DNA of 64,000 nucleotides from positions 1,152,001 through 1,216,000 of the forward strand of contig CAVZYA010000002.1 of the NCBI GenBank assembly GCA_963779415.1, written 5' to 3'. Made by a program: the position numbers and the translations under genes. The stretch comes from an uncultured Acidobacteriota bacterium (GTDB lineage: Bacteria > Acidobacteriota > Thermoanaerobaculia > UBA5066). Below the pieces are notes generated by a model. It made no database searches and had not been told where the DNA came from. It saw nothing but the letters and a program-made list of their open reading frames with translations. This document shows, one piece after another, positions 8,753 through 19,195 of the stretch (position 1 is its first letter; each line of letters starts with the position of its first letter).

Positions 8753-10400
8753 ATGCGATTTCGAACCGCTCGATTCCGCCGAATGTCCGTCGTCACTACG
8801 GCGACGGCATTCACCCTCACAGCCTTACTGGCTGCCGCAGGCCCCGCAAGCGCCGCCGACGCCAGGAAGCCGAACATCGTCGTCATCATGGGCGACGACA
8901 TCGGCTGGTTCAACATCGGCGCCTACCACCAGGGCATGATGGCCGGCAGGACGCCGAACCTCGACAAGCTCGCCAAAGAAGGGATGCGCTTCACCGATTA
9001 CTACGCCGAGGCGAGCTGCACGGCGGGCCGCGCAGCCTTCATCACCGGCGAGCTGCCGATCCGCACGGGCATGACCACGGTCGGCCAGGCGGGTGCCAAG
9101 ATCGGGCTCCCCGCCGAGGCGTGCACGATCGCCACCGCGCTGAAGGACATGGGCTATGCCACCGGCCAGTTCGGCAAGAACCACCTCGGCGATCTCAACG
9201 AGTTCCTGCCCACGGTCCACGGCTTCGACGAGTTCTTCGGCTACCTCTACCACCTCGACGCGATGGAAGACCCCGCGCACCCGGCCTACCCGCAGGAGCT
9301 GTTGAACAAGGTCGGCCCGCGGAACATGGTCCACTCGTGGGCGACGAACACGGACGACGCGACGGTAGATGCCGCGCTGGGGCAAGATCGGCAAGCAGAA
9401 GATCGAGGACGCCGGCACGCTCTATCCGAAGCGGATGGAGACGGTGGACGACGAGATCGCGGCTCTCGCCTTCAAGTTCATGGACAAGGCCAAGGCGGAC
9501 AGCAAGCCGTTCTTCGTCTGGCTCAACCCGACGCGCATGCACATCGTCACTCACCTCTCGCCGAAGTACGAGGCGCTGCGCAACTCGAAGAACGGCTGGA
9601 CCATCCACGAAGCCGGGCATGGCCCAGCTCGACGACATCGTCGGCGACGTGATGAAGAAGCTGAAGGAGATGGGCGTGGACGACAACACCATCGTCATGT
9701 TCACCACCGACAACGGCACGGAGACCTTCACCTGGCCGGACGGCGGCAATACGCCGTTCCGGGGAGAGAAAGGGACGATCTACGAGGGCGGCTTCCGCGT
9801 GCCCTGCCTCCTGCGCTGGCCCGGCAAGGTGCCGGCCGACACGGTCCAAAACGGCATCTTTCCGGCCTCGACTGGCTCCCGACATTCGTCGCCGCCGCCG
9901 GCAACCCGAACATCAAGCGACGAACTGCTGAAGGGCAAGAAGATCGGCGACCGGACCTACAAGAACCACCTCGACGGCTACAACCAGATGGACTGATCAC
10001 CGGCAAGGGGCCGTCCGCGCGCCACGAGATCTTCTATTTCGCGGAGAGCACCCTCGGCGCGGTGCGCATCGACGACTTCAAGTATCGGTTCATCGAACAG
10101 CCCCACGGCTGGATCGGCGGTCAAGGTCCATGTCGATGCGCCGGTTCTCGATCAACCTGCGTCTGGACCCCTTCGAGCGCTTCGACTATCCGGATGGGAA
10201 CGCTCACGGGCTCGCAGAAATATTTCTCACTGGTTCCAGTACGAGTTCTGGCGTTTCGTTTTCGTCCAGCAGGAAGTGGGCAAGCTCGCCATGACGGCCA
10301 TCGAGTACCCGCCCATGCAGAAGGGCGCGAGCTTCAACCTCGACGCCGTCAAGGCGGAGATCGAAGCGGCCATGAAGCGAAGCACGGTGCAGTAGGCGTA
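8753..10400 (+). CDS. Arylsulfatase, split by several frameshifts
   Basis: [17 protein letters not shown] formylglycine motif, GKNHLG, TTDNG and YEGGFRVP are spread over the three + frames. Confidence 0.88.
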
Positions 10401-10408
10401 TAGAACAC

Positions 10409-10442
10409 GCGGGCGGCTCGAAAGGGCCGCCCGCTTTCTCTT
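10409..10442 (+). terminator. Rho-independent terminator
   Basis: GCGGGCGGC/GCCGCCCGC stem followed by TTTCTCTT, directly after the sulfatase. Confidence 0.8.
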
Positions 10443-10628
10443 ACTCAGAGGACCCAAGGAGTCTCTGAAAGTCAGATTCATGACGTGGTCCCGTGCCACT
10501 CTCGTCGGAGGCGGCGCTTTACTCCTGCTGAATGGAGGCGGCAGCAAGAAATGGCCAGGCCGGTCAAGATGCCGCTGATCGGACCACCGCTTTCCTGATC
10601 GCTGCAGGAGCATGGGAGGATCGGCTCT

Positions 10629-11138
10629 ATGAGCAAGCTGACGACGACACTCAAGGAAGAGTTCCTTGCGTTGCTCCCACCGACGATCTTCTTTTTCGTG
10701 GCTCTGCATATCGTCGTGTTTGTTCGCGTGTTGATGCTGGAGGGAACCGGGCTTTCGCCACTGTCTTCGATGTCGGTGGCGGTCGCCGCCCTCATTCTCG
10801 GCAAGGCAGTGTTAATCGCGGACATGCTGCCGATCATCAATCGCTTTCCCGATAAGCCGCTGATCTACAACGTCGCCTGGAAGACCTTAATCTACCTGCT
10901 GATGGCCTCGCTCATTCACTATCTGGAGCGTCTTGTCGACTTCTGGCGACAAGCTGGCGGCTTTGTGGTCGGGCAACGAAAAGCTGCTGGCGGAAATCGT
11001 GTGGCCGCATTTCTGGGCCATCCAGATCATTCTGTTCGTGCTTGATCTTTCATGTACTGCACGATGCACGAGACTCGCGTGTGATTGGGAGAGAAGAGGA
11101 TGCTGCGGATATTCTTCGGCCCGATGCCCACGTTCTGA
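10629..11138 (+). CDS. Membrane hypothetical protein, frameshifted
   Basis: MSKLTTTLKEEFLALLPPTIFFF... hydrophobic segments continue in other frames (WPHFWAIQIILF; MLRIFFGPMPTF*). Confidence 0.7.
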
Positions 11139-11143
11139 ATCGG

Positions 11144-12421
11144 ATGGCTCTGATGACGGGCCGACGGCTCGTTCTTCTTCCGGTCGTCCTGGAAATGGGT
11201 CTGTCAGCCGGCGTCGCCGCACAGGAGGTGCCCCGGCCGGATCCGGCTCCTGCCGCGCCGGCCGCCGCGACGGCGCATCGCCCCTGGAACGAAGTCGAGA
11301 CCTCCTGGATCTCGGTCCGGCTCGGCATGGCGCTTCTGGAGGACGGCGCCTTCTACTCGCAGAACGCCGCGAGCATCCATCAGGTCGGCAACATCCCCTC
11401 CGAGGCGCTCTTCCGCGTCGACGACCTGTCGCTCTCCGGAGAGATCAAGCTTCCTCATCCGTGGCGCTACGAGGTCTCGGGCAACTACAAGGGCCTCGAC
11501 CCGACGGATACACGGGGCTGGACGTTCACCAACATCAACGTCTCCATCCCGCTCGGCGCCTTCGGATCGGTGACGGTCGGCAAGCAGAAGGAAGGCGTTG
11601 GGATGGAGATGATGGCGAACGCCCGGGACCTCCCGTTCATGGAACACTCCACGATGACGACGGCAGCCACGTTCGTCGGGTCGCACGTCGTAGGAGTCCG
11701 GCTCTTCGGGTCGCCGATGGCCGGCCGCCTGACCTGGTCGGTGGGCTGGTTCAACAACTGGCTCGAAGACGGAAAATCGGCGAGCCAGAGCGGCAACATC
11801 TTCGCGGGGCGCGTCACGGGCCTCGCGGTCGAGGAGCACGGAGGCTCAAGGCTCCTCCACCTCGGCGCTTCTGCGGTCTACCGTGAGTCTCAGGATGGGA
11901 GGTTCAGGTCGAAGAGCGTTCCGGAGGTCTACGAGGCCCCGGACTTCGTCGACACCGGCTCCTTCCCGGCCGACCACGCGACGTCGTACAGCGCCGAGCT
12001 GGCCGCGGCCGAAGGTCTGGTCACGCTCTCGGGCGAAGTCACGCGGACGAGCGTCTCCGCTCCCGAGAAGGGGAACCCGGAGTTCTACGGTTTCTACGTC
12101 ATGGCGTCGTGGACGATCACGGGAGAGAGACGTCCCTACCGTCACGCCACGGGCACTTTCGGGGCGATCAGCCCCGCGTCTCCCTTCTCGTTCCGGCACG
12201 GCGGATCCGGCGCCTGGGAGCTGGCCGCCCGTTACTCGGGCGTCGACCTCACGAGCGGTGCGATCCAAGGCGGACGGTTCGACCGGCTGAGCGGAGCCAT
12301 CTCCTGGCGCCCGACGAGGCCGTGGCGGCTCGAATTCAACTACGGCTACGGCACTCTCGACCGCTTCGGGCTGCGGGGCCGGACCAGCTTCTACCAGCTC
12401 CGCCTCCAGTTCGAACTCTGA
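11144..12421 (+). CDS. OprO/OprP-like phosphate-selective porin
   Basis: VGKQKEGVGME, SWTITGERRPY, GAWELAARYSGVDL motifs and C-terminal RLQFEL. Confidence 0.85.
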   Translation: MALMTGRRLVLLPVVLEMGLSAGVAAQEVPRPDPAPAAPAAATAHRPWNEVETSWISVRLGMALLEDGAFYSQNAASIHQVGNIPSEALFRVDDLSLSGEIKLPHPWRYEVSGNYKGLDPTDTRGWTFTNINVSIPLGAFGSVTVGKQKEGVGMEMMANARDLPFMEHSTMTTAATFVGSHVVGVRLFGSPMAGRLTWSVGWFNNWLEDGKSASQSGNIFAGRVTGLAVEEHGGSRLLHLGASAVYRESQDGRFRSKSVPEVYEAPDFVDTGSFPADHATSYSAELAAAEGLVTLSGEVTRTSVSAPEKGNPEFYGFYVMASWTITGERRPYRHATGTFGAISPASPFSFRHGGSGAWELAARYSGVDLTSGAIQGGRFDRLSGAISWRPTRPWRLEFNYGYGTLDRFGLRGRTSFYQLRLQFEL

Positions 12422-12511
12422 GCGGGTCCCGGGAGTCGGTCGCGGACGCCGCCGTCGGTACCCGCTCGTCCCTCGACGCGGAGTGGCCGAAGCTCCGGTG
12501 ACGGAGCTATC

Positions 12512-14569
12512 GTGGAAGAAGGAAATCCCTTGCCCGTGAGAGCGCCGCTGCGCAAGGTTTCGTCTCTTCGCCCCCTTCTCGCGGTCGCGGCGTCGGCGGT
12601 CCTGGCGGCGCCGGCCTTCGCCTTCGACAGCAAGGGGCACAACGTCATCGAGGCGACGGCCTACCGGTCGCTCATGGAAGGCCACGGAGGCCAGCCCCCT
12701 CGTCCCGACGTCCTCCGCGACCTGATCAACGACGGCGCCCTCGACGCTCCGTGGTGCTTCGGACGGGGCGACAAGCCGCCACGCGACTGCCGCGACGCGC
12801 CGAACGAAAACCCGCTCCTCTGCTGGCCGCAACCCGAGACCGACCGACCCGATGCCTTCTTCCGGCGCCAGTTCAGCGACCCCGGCCAGTGCTTCCACTA
12901 CATGGGAACGCTCACGGACAGCCTCTCGGAGACGCTCCCCGGCACGACCACCCCCCGCGCGCTCGCGACGAGCGCCGTCGTCCGCTGCAACGACCTCCTC
13001 GACGGCCTCCTCCGGCAGGTCGTCGTGGACGGCGGCCCCGGCACGCGCCGGAGCGGCTTCGGCCTCTACGAGATGATGCACGCGGTCGAGGACTCCTTCT
13101 CGGGCTCGCACACGGAGCGGGAGGGGGACAAGGTCGCATCTCTCCGCGTCTGGAAGCCGATCGAGAAGATCGCCGGGATCCCGACCGAGCGCGCGAAGAA
13201 AATCCCCGACAGCGTCTTCCACAAGTGGGACGACCACCGGGACAAGACTTACGTGAAAGAGGGGGGCGAGGACGCGTGCGAAACCCGCACGGCCCATCCG
13301 TACGACGTCCCGTACGAGTGCCTCTCCGACGAGGGAGAGCGCGCCCGGCAGGCGATCGTCGGGCTCCTCGTCCTCGTGAGGGACCTCCGCCTCGCGCAGC
13401 TTTCGGCGCCCCCCGGGACGGACACGCACCCCGAGAAGTCGGAGGCGTGGCAGCAGTACCGGGCGACGTGGTTCACCCCCGTCCATCCCTGCGAGGGAGC
13501 CGAGTGCGACGTCCGCCAGCCCTCCGAGGTCTCCACCGGCAGGTACGCCTTCCTCGGACTCGACACGCGCTACAACCCGACCGGCCGCTTCTTCGACGTC
13601 GCGGCCCGCGGCACGGTGCTCCGGTACGCGGAGGACATCAATCCGTTCGTCTATGCGCTGAGCGCGAGCCTCGGGTACCGGCATTACAACGGTGGGGGAA
13701 ACGCCGGGTTCCTAGGCCTCGGATTCGACTTCGTTCTGCCCCTCGGGTACAAGGCCGCGATCGGGTTCACCCCTGCCGAGCTGCGCACAGTCTTCGGAGG
13801 CCCCAGCGACGGCGCCGAGCTGGTGACGCGCCTCCTCCACTTCAACTACGCCCTGAGCGAGAAGCTCCTCCTCTCGGTCGAGGCGCCGCTCGAGGTGAAC
13901 TGGCGGAAGCCGCAGGCGCAATGGTCGTTCGCGGTCGGGATCAGCTACGCGCTCTCCACGCCGCGCCTCGTGGGAGGCAGCACCCTTCTCTACCACGAGG
14001 AGAAGGTGGAGCGGAAGGACGCGGAATGGGTGCCGCCGCCGGCCCCTTACGGCCGGCTTCAGGGCCGGATCGCCACCCTCTACGCGATCGTGGGCGTTTC
14101 TGTGGCGACTCCCCCCGCCGATGCCGTCGAGGGGAAGAACTACGGCCTCGGGATGCTCGGTGCCGAGATGAGCTGGGACCGCGACCGCTGGGGGGGCCGA
14201 TTCGCCTTCACCCCCGTCGTCTCGCTCGCGGCCGGGTTCCGCGCGACGTCGGGCGAGTCGGTCTACTTCACCGGGACGCTCGGCCTCGGCGTCCGCTGGT
14301 ACTTTCTCGGGCCCCTCGGCCTCTCCGTCACGGCGGTCCGCGTCGAAGGGGGGCCGAAGATCCGCGGCACGGGCGAGACCGACACCTCGGCAGGCGTCCA
14401 CGGCTCTCCGGGAAGCGAGTACTACCTGCTGGCCGGCTCGCGGCTCGGCCTCGCTCTCCGCCTCGGCATCTTCGACCTTCTCGTCGAGGGGCCGACCTTC
14501 GCATGGACTTCGGATCCCGTCGGCAACAACGAGATCCTCAGCTTCCGCCTCGGTATCCGACTGAAGTAG
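12512..14569 (+). CDS. Secreted protein: putative Zn-dependent phospholipase C/P1-nuclease-like domain plus C-terminal beta-barrel-like region
   Basis: Signal peptide, FDSKGH at the mature N-terminus, FHY, HAVEDSFSGSH; amphipathic strands ending FRLGIRLK. Confidence 0.6.
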   Translation: MEEGNPLPVRAPLRKVSSLRPLLAVAASAVLAAPAFAFDSKGHNVIEATAYRSLMEGHGGQPPRPDVLRDLINDGALDAPWCFGRGDKPPRDCRDAPNENPLLCWPQPETDRPDAFFRRQFSDPGQCFHYMGTLTDSLSETLPGTTTPRALATSAVVRCNDLLDGLLRQVVVDGGPGTRRSGFGLYEMMHAVEDSFSGSHTEREGDKVASLRVWKPIEKIAGIPTERAKKIPDSVFHKWDDHRDKTYVKEGGEDACETRTAHPYDVPYECLSDEGERARQAIVGLLVLVRDLRLAQLSAPPGTDTHPEKSEAWQQYRATWFTPVHPCEGAECDVRQPSEVSTGRYAFLGLDTRYNPTGRFFDVAARGTVLRYAEDINPFVYALSASLGYRHYNGGGNAGFLGLGFDFVLPLGYKAAIGFTPAELRTVFGGPSDGAELVTRLLHFNYALSEKLLLSVEAPLEVNWRKPQAQWSFAVGISYALSTPRLVGGSTLLYHEEKVERKDAEWVPPPAPYGRLQGRIATLYAIVGVSVATPPADAVEGKNYGLGMLGAEMSWDRDRWGGRFAFTPVVSLAAGFRATSGESVYFTGTLGLGVRWYFLGPLGLSVTAVRVEGGPKIRGTGETDTSAGVHGSPGSEYYLLAGSRLGLALRLGIFDLLVEGPTFAWTSDPVGNNEILSFRLGIRLK

Positions 14570-14594
14570 CGCGGCTCCGGAGCGCCCGCTCCCT

Positions 14595-14822
14595 TCAGTC
14601 GCGGCCTCCGTTCCGAAGAGCGACGGGATGAGAGGCGTTCCGGAGGCCCATCGTCCGGCGATCCCTCAGCCTCTCGAGAAGGGCCTGAGCGTCGGCCCTC
14701 TCCTGCCCGACCGCGGAGAAGAGGCCGGTCAGCCATTCACGCTCGAAGGCCTCCGACGTGACGCGGTAATCGACGCCGTTCGTCCAGCCCTCCGGATCGG
14801 AATCCCGCCACCTCTCTCCCAT
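14595..14822 (-). CDS. Small hypothetical protein
   Basis: 75 aa with GGGGTG upstream; no recognisable motif. Confidence 0.35.
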   Translation of the reverse strand: MGERWRDSDPEGWTNGVDYRVTSEAFEREWLTGLFSAVGQERADAQALLERLRDRRTMGLRNASHPVALRNGGRD

Positions 14823-15017
14823 CGTTCACCCCCGTTGGCGCTTGTTCCCCTTGAGTGACGTCCGGCCCCCCGTCCGGTTGACACGGAACGACAAGAAGTG
14901 CACCGCCGGGCCTCCTGCTAACAAGGTGCGTGCCAGCCGATCGGTGCCGTTTCGGCCCCGATTGTTTCGAGAACCGGTCTCAATCAACCGATCGAGAGCC
15001 GTCGTCGTCCCGCTCCC

Positions 15018-17102
15018 TCATCCGGGAACGAGATCCGCGTAAAGGACCGCGACGGAATGAGCCTCGGTCCGGTACGCGAGTCCCCCGACCGAGGGGGCGC
15101 TGCGCAGGGGGACGATGTCGTCCGGAGAGTCGAGGGCCGTATCGATCCAGCGGCGCCACGGTCCCGGCCGCCCCGGCCCGGGAGGCGCCAGCTCGAAGTC
15201 GAGAGGCTCCCGCCAGGCGTTCAGGATCAGGTGGATAAGGAGCCTTTCCATCGGGATCTCCGCGGAGAGGGCGAGGCTGTGGGACGCGTCGCTCCAGTCC
15301 GGCTCCCCCAGCCGGACGCCGTGCCACTCCTTCTTCGCGTCGCGGAGGAGGCGATTCAGGCTGAGGGTCGAATCCCCCGCGTCGAGGTTCCGGCGGACGC
15401 GACGCGCCGCCAGGAGGCTGACGAACCGGTGGACGTCGGCGTGCGCCGAAAGGAGGCCCCAGTCGAACCAGATCGTCTCTTCGTCGAGGCAGAAGGGGTT
15501 GTTGTTTCCCCCCTGGCTCCGCCGCACCTCGTCGCCCATCAGAATCATCGGCATCCCGAGCGAGAGGAGCGTGAAGGTCAGGAAGCTCTTCACCTGCCGG
15601 TTGCGCAGGCGCTCGATCGCCCCATCGTCCGTCGGTCCCTCGACGCCGCAGTTCCAGCTCCGGTTGTCGTCCGAGCCGTCGAGGTTCTCGAGCCCGTTCG
15701 CCTCGTTGTGCTTCCGGTCGTACGAGACGAGGTCGTTCAGCGTGAAGCCGTCGTGGCAGGTGACGAAGTTCACGCTCTGCTCCGCTTCGCGCTCCTCGTG
15801 CCCGTAGATCTCCGGGCTGCCGAGGAACCGGTCGGCGACCCGTGTCACGAGCCCCTCCTCGCCGCGGAAGAAGCCCCGGACGTCGTCGCGGAACCGCCCG
15901 TTCCACTCCCTCCAGCTGTCCCCGAGGAAACTCCCCACCTGGTAGAGGCCGGCCGCGTCCCACGCCTCGGCGATCAGCTTGCTCCCGGCGAGCGCCGGGT
16001 CCGACTCGATGTCCCAGAGAACGGGGGGGCTCGGAAGCGGCTGACCCGACTCGTCCCGCGAGAGGATCGACGCGAGATCGAACCGGAAGCCGTCCACGTG
16101 CATCTCCAGGGCCCAGTAGCGGAGGCTGTCGAGGATCATCCGGCGGACGATCGGATTGTTCGAGTTGAGCGTGTTGCCGCAGCCGCTGTAGTCGGCATAG
16201 CGCGAGCGGTCGCGTTCGAGGATGTAGTAGGCGTCGTTGTCGAGGCCGCGAAACGAGATCGTCGGTCCCTCGTGGTCCCCTTCGGCCGTGTGGTTGTAGA
16301 CGACGTCGAGGAGGACCTCGAGGCCCGCCCGGTGGAGCGACTTGACCATGTCGCGGAACTCGTCGAGGACCCCGAGAGGGTGCGGGCACGAACCGTAGGC
16401 CGGGTGGGGCGCGAAGAAGGAGACGGGCTGGTAGCCCCAGTAGTTGACGTGCCCCGGCGGGGCATCCTGAGGATCGAACGCGAAGACGGGCATCAGCTCG
16501 ACGGCCGTCACGCCGAGGCCGGTGAGATACGGGATCTTCTCGACGAGGCCGGCGAAGGTCCCGCGCCGCCCCTCCGAGACTCCGGAAGAGGGATGGCGGG
16601 TGAACCCGCGGACGTGCATCTCGTAGACGATCGTCTTCGAGGCGGGCGTCCGGAGCGGGCGATCCCCTTCCCAGTCGTAGGAGGAAGGGTTCGCGACGAC
16701 GCTCTTCATCGCCGTCGCGGCGTCGTCTCCCGGCAGCCGGGCCGCGTCGCGGCGGTATCCGTCCGGGACGGCCACGGCGAGCCCGTAGGGATCCAGGAGG
16801 AGCTTCCCGGGATCGAACCTCTGCCCGCTCGCGGGGTCGAACGGGCCGTGGGCGCGATACCCGTAGAGCTGTCCCGCCCCGACTCCCGGCACGAAGAGGT
16901 GCCAGTAGTGGTACGTCCGGTTCTTCACGGGGTCGATCGGGATCACACGGGACGGCCTGGCGTCGTCCACGCGGTCGAAGAGGACGAGATCGATGCCGGT
17001 CGTGGTCCGCGAGTAGACGCAGAAATTGACGCCGCCGCGCCGGACCGTGGCCCCGACGGGAAACGTCCTGCCGGGCGTGGGCGCGCTCACCGGCGCCGTC
17101 AC
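15018..17102 (-). CDS. glgX: Glycogen debranching enzyme
   Basis: YEMHVRGFT, NYWGY, DVVYNHTAEG, VDGFRFDLA, EAWD, HDGFTL motifs. GTG overlaps the pgl stop. Confidence 0.95.
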   Translation of the reverse strand: MTAPVSAPTPGRTFPVGATVRRGGVNFCVYSRTTTGIDLVLFDRVDDARPSRVIPIDPVKNRTYHYWHLFVPGVGAGQLYGYRAHGPFDPASGQRFDPGKLLLDPYGLAVAVPDGYRRDAARLPGDDAATAMKSVVANPSSYDWEGDRPLRTPASKTIVYEMHVRGFTRHPSSGVSEGRRGTFAGLVEKIPYLTGLGVTAVELMPVFAFDPQDAPPGHVNYWGYQPVSFFAPHPAYGSCPHPLGVLDEFRDMVKSLHRAGLEVLLDVVYNHTAEGDHEGPTISFRGLDNDAYYILERDRSRYADYSGCGNTLNSNNPIVRRMILDSLRYWALEMHVDGFRFDLASILSRDESGQPLPSPPVLWDIESDPALAGSKLIAEAWDAAGLYQVGSFLGDSWREWNGRFRDDVRGFFRGEEGLVTRVADRFLGSPEIYGHEEREAEQSVNFVTCHDGFTLNDLVSYDRKHNEANGLENLDGSDDNRSWNCGVEGPTDDGAIERLRNRQVKSFLTFTLLSLGMPMILMGDEVRRSQGGNNNPFCLDEETIWFDWGLLSAHADVHRFVSLLAARRVRRNLDAGDSTLSLNRLLRDAKKEWHGVRLGEPDWSDASHSLALSAEIPMERLLIHLILNAWREPLDFELAPPGPGRPGPWRRWIDTALDSPDDIVPLRSAPSVGGLAYRTEAHSVAVLYADLVPG

Positions 17103-17788
17103 GGCAGCTCTGCGGCGGCGCGGTCGGCGAGAACGAGGGCGTCGTCCGGACGGACCCGGCCGGCAGGGATCGTCTGGTCGTGAGCGAGGAGGCGCTTCAG
17201 CATGGCGACCTTTTCCCCGCCGGTGACGAGCCAGAGGACCTTGCGGGCCCGGTTCAGGACGGGATAGGTCAGCGTCATCCGCCGGCGCCCCTTGTAGAGA
17301 CCGGTCAGGGCGACGCTTCGGTCGGCGACGGCGAGGACGGGGTCGTTCGGGACGAGCGACGCCGTGTGGCCGTCGGGGCCGAGGCCGAGGTGGGCGAGGT
17401 CGAGGACCGGCGGCGAGCCGGCGAGCTTCTCGAGCATGCTCGCGTATTGGCGTGCGGCGACGCCGGGATCGGCGGCCTCCACCGGCATCGCGTGAAGCTG
17501 GGCCGGAGGGAGCGGCGCACGGGAGAGGAGACTTTCCACGAGGTGCGTGAGGTTCCGGTCCGGATCTCCCGCCGGAGCGATCCGCTCGTCGATCTGGAGG
17601 ACGTGGACGGAGGGCCAGGGGACGTCCTCGTCCGCGAGGGCGCGGAGCATCACCCACGGGGTATGACCACCGCTCACCGCAAGGACGAAGCGGCCGCGGG
17701 ACCGGACGGAGGCGCGGGCCTCGGCGGCGAGATGGGCCGCACCCTGTCGGGCGACGGAATCGGCGTCGGCGAGAACCTCGATCTTCAC
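17099..17788 (-). CDS. pgl: 6-phosphogluconolactonase
   Basis: SGGHTP, DER, GLGPDGHTASL, RMTLTYP motifs. Confidence 0.93.
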   Translation of the reverse strand: MKIEVLADADSVARQGAAHLAAEARASVRSRGRFVLAVSGGHTPWVMLRALADEDVPWPSVHVLQIDERIAPAGDPDRNLTHLVESLLSRAPLPPAQLHAMPVEAADPGVAARQYASMLEKLAGSPPVLDLAHLGLGPDGHTASLVPNDPVLAVADRSVALTGLYKGRRRMTLTYPVLNRARKVLWLVTGGEKVAMLKRLLAHDQTIPAGRVRPDDALVLADRAAAELP

Positions 17789-17808
17789 GCGTGCATCTCC
17801 GGTCGGAA

Positions 17809-19185
17809 TCAGCGGTTCACGTTTGGGTCGCTCCAGCCGCCGGGGGGCGAGAGCTTCTGCTCCGCCTCCGCGGGGCCCCACGTGCCGGGAGCGTAGTCGA
17901 AGACCGGCGTTCCGGCCTTCAGGACCGGGTCGACGATCCGCCACGCCTCCTCGACGTAGTCCTGGCGCGCGAAGAGCGTCGAATCCCCTTCGATGGCGTC
18001 GGTCAGGACCCGCTCGTAGGCGTCCGCCTCGCCGGCCGCCGGGTGGCGGCTCGCCACCAGCTCCGTCGTCTGGCCGCTCAAGTCGTCCGAGGCTCCGAGG
18101 ATCATCGTGCCGAGGGCGACCGTCGGCTCGGGGCTGATCCGGAACCGAAGGTAGTTCGGGTCGATCTTGCTCTCCTTGATGACCGTCGGCGGCTTCTTGA
18201 GCCGGCCGAGGACTTCCGTGCAGGTGACGGGGAGGGACTTCCCGGCGCGGATGTAGAAGGGGACGCCCTTCCAGCGCCAGGAGTCGATCTCGAGCTTCAG
18301 GGCGGCGAACGTCTCGGTCTTCGACTCCTTCGCGACGCCCGGCTCGGAGAGGTATCCGGTGAACTGCCCGCGGACGAGGTCGGCCGCCTCGAGCGCCGGG
18401 ATGGCTTTCAGCATCTTGACCTTCTCGTCGCGGATCGACTCGCTGTCGGTCCGGACGGGAGGCTCCATCGTCAGGTTGCAGAGGACCTGGAAGAGATGGT
18501 TCTGGACGACGTCGCGGATGGTGCCCGTCTGGTCGTAGAAGGCGCCCCTCCCCTGGACGCCGAAGCTCTCCGCCATCGTGATCTGGATGCTATCGACGTA
18601 GTTCCGGTTCCAGAACGGCTCCATGAAGGCGTTCGCGAACCGGAAGACGGTGACGGCCTGGACCGGCTTCTTCCCGAGGAAGTGGTCGATCCGGAAGATG
18701 GCGCTCTCGGGAAACTCCGAGAAGAGAATCCGGTTCAGCCGCTGCGCCGAGGCGAGGTCCGTCCCGAACGGCTTCTCCACGACGACGCGGGCGTTCTTCG
18801 AGAGGCCGGACGTTCCGAGCTGCTCGATCACCCTGGCGAAGAGGAGGGGCGGGATGGCGAGGTAGTGCGCCGGCCGCTCCGCGCCCCCCAGCTCCTTCCG
18901 GATCGCCGCAAAGGTGGCCGGGTCGTTGTAGTCGCCGTCCACGTAGCGGAGGAGGCCCGTCAGCTTCGTGAACGCCGAGGGATCGAGCCCGCCGTGCTTC
19001 TCGAGGCTGTCCTTGGCCCGCGCCCTCATCTGGTCGAGGTTCCAGCCCGCCTTCGCGACGCCGATGACGGGGACGCCGAGGTGTCCCCGCTTCAGCATCG
19101 CCTGGAGCGACGGGAAGATCTTCTTGTACGCGAGGTCGCCCGTGGCCCCGAAGAAGACGAGTGCGTCCGACCGGGGAGCGGTCAT
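17809..19185 (-). CDS. zwf: Glucose-6-phosphate dehydrogenase
   Basis: GATGDLA, EKPFG, RIDHFLGK, DVVQNH motifs. Confidence 0.96.
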   Translation of the reverse strand: MTAPRSDALVFFGATGDLAYKKIFPSLQAMLKRGHLGVPVIGVAKAGWNLDQMRARAKDSLEKHGGLDPSAFTKLTGLLRYVDGDYNDPATFAAIRKELGGAERPAHYLAIPPLLFARVIEQLGTSGLSKNARVVVEKPFGTDLASAQRLNRILFSEFPESAIFRIDHFLGKKPVQAVTVFRFANAFMEPFWNRNYVDSIQITMAESFGVQGRGAFYDQTGTIRDVVQNHLFQVLCNLTMEPPVRTDSESIRDEKVKMLKAIPALEAADLVRGQFTGYLSEPGVAKESKTETFAALKLEIDSWRWKGVPFYIRAGKSLPVTCTEVLGRLKKPPTVIKESKIDPNYLRFRISPEPTVALGTMILGASDDLSGQTTELVASRHPAAGEADAYERVLTDAIEGDSTLFARQDYVEEAWRIVDPVLKAGTPVFDYAPGTWGPAEAEQKLSPPGGWSDPNVNR

Positions 19186-19195
19186 GCCCTGCTCC

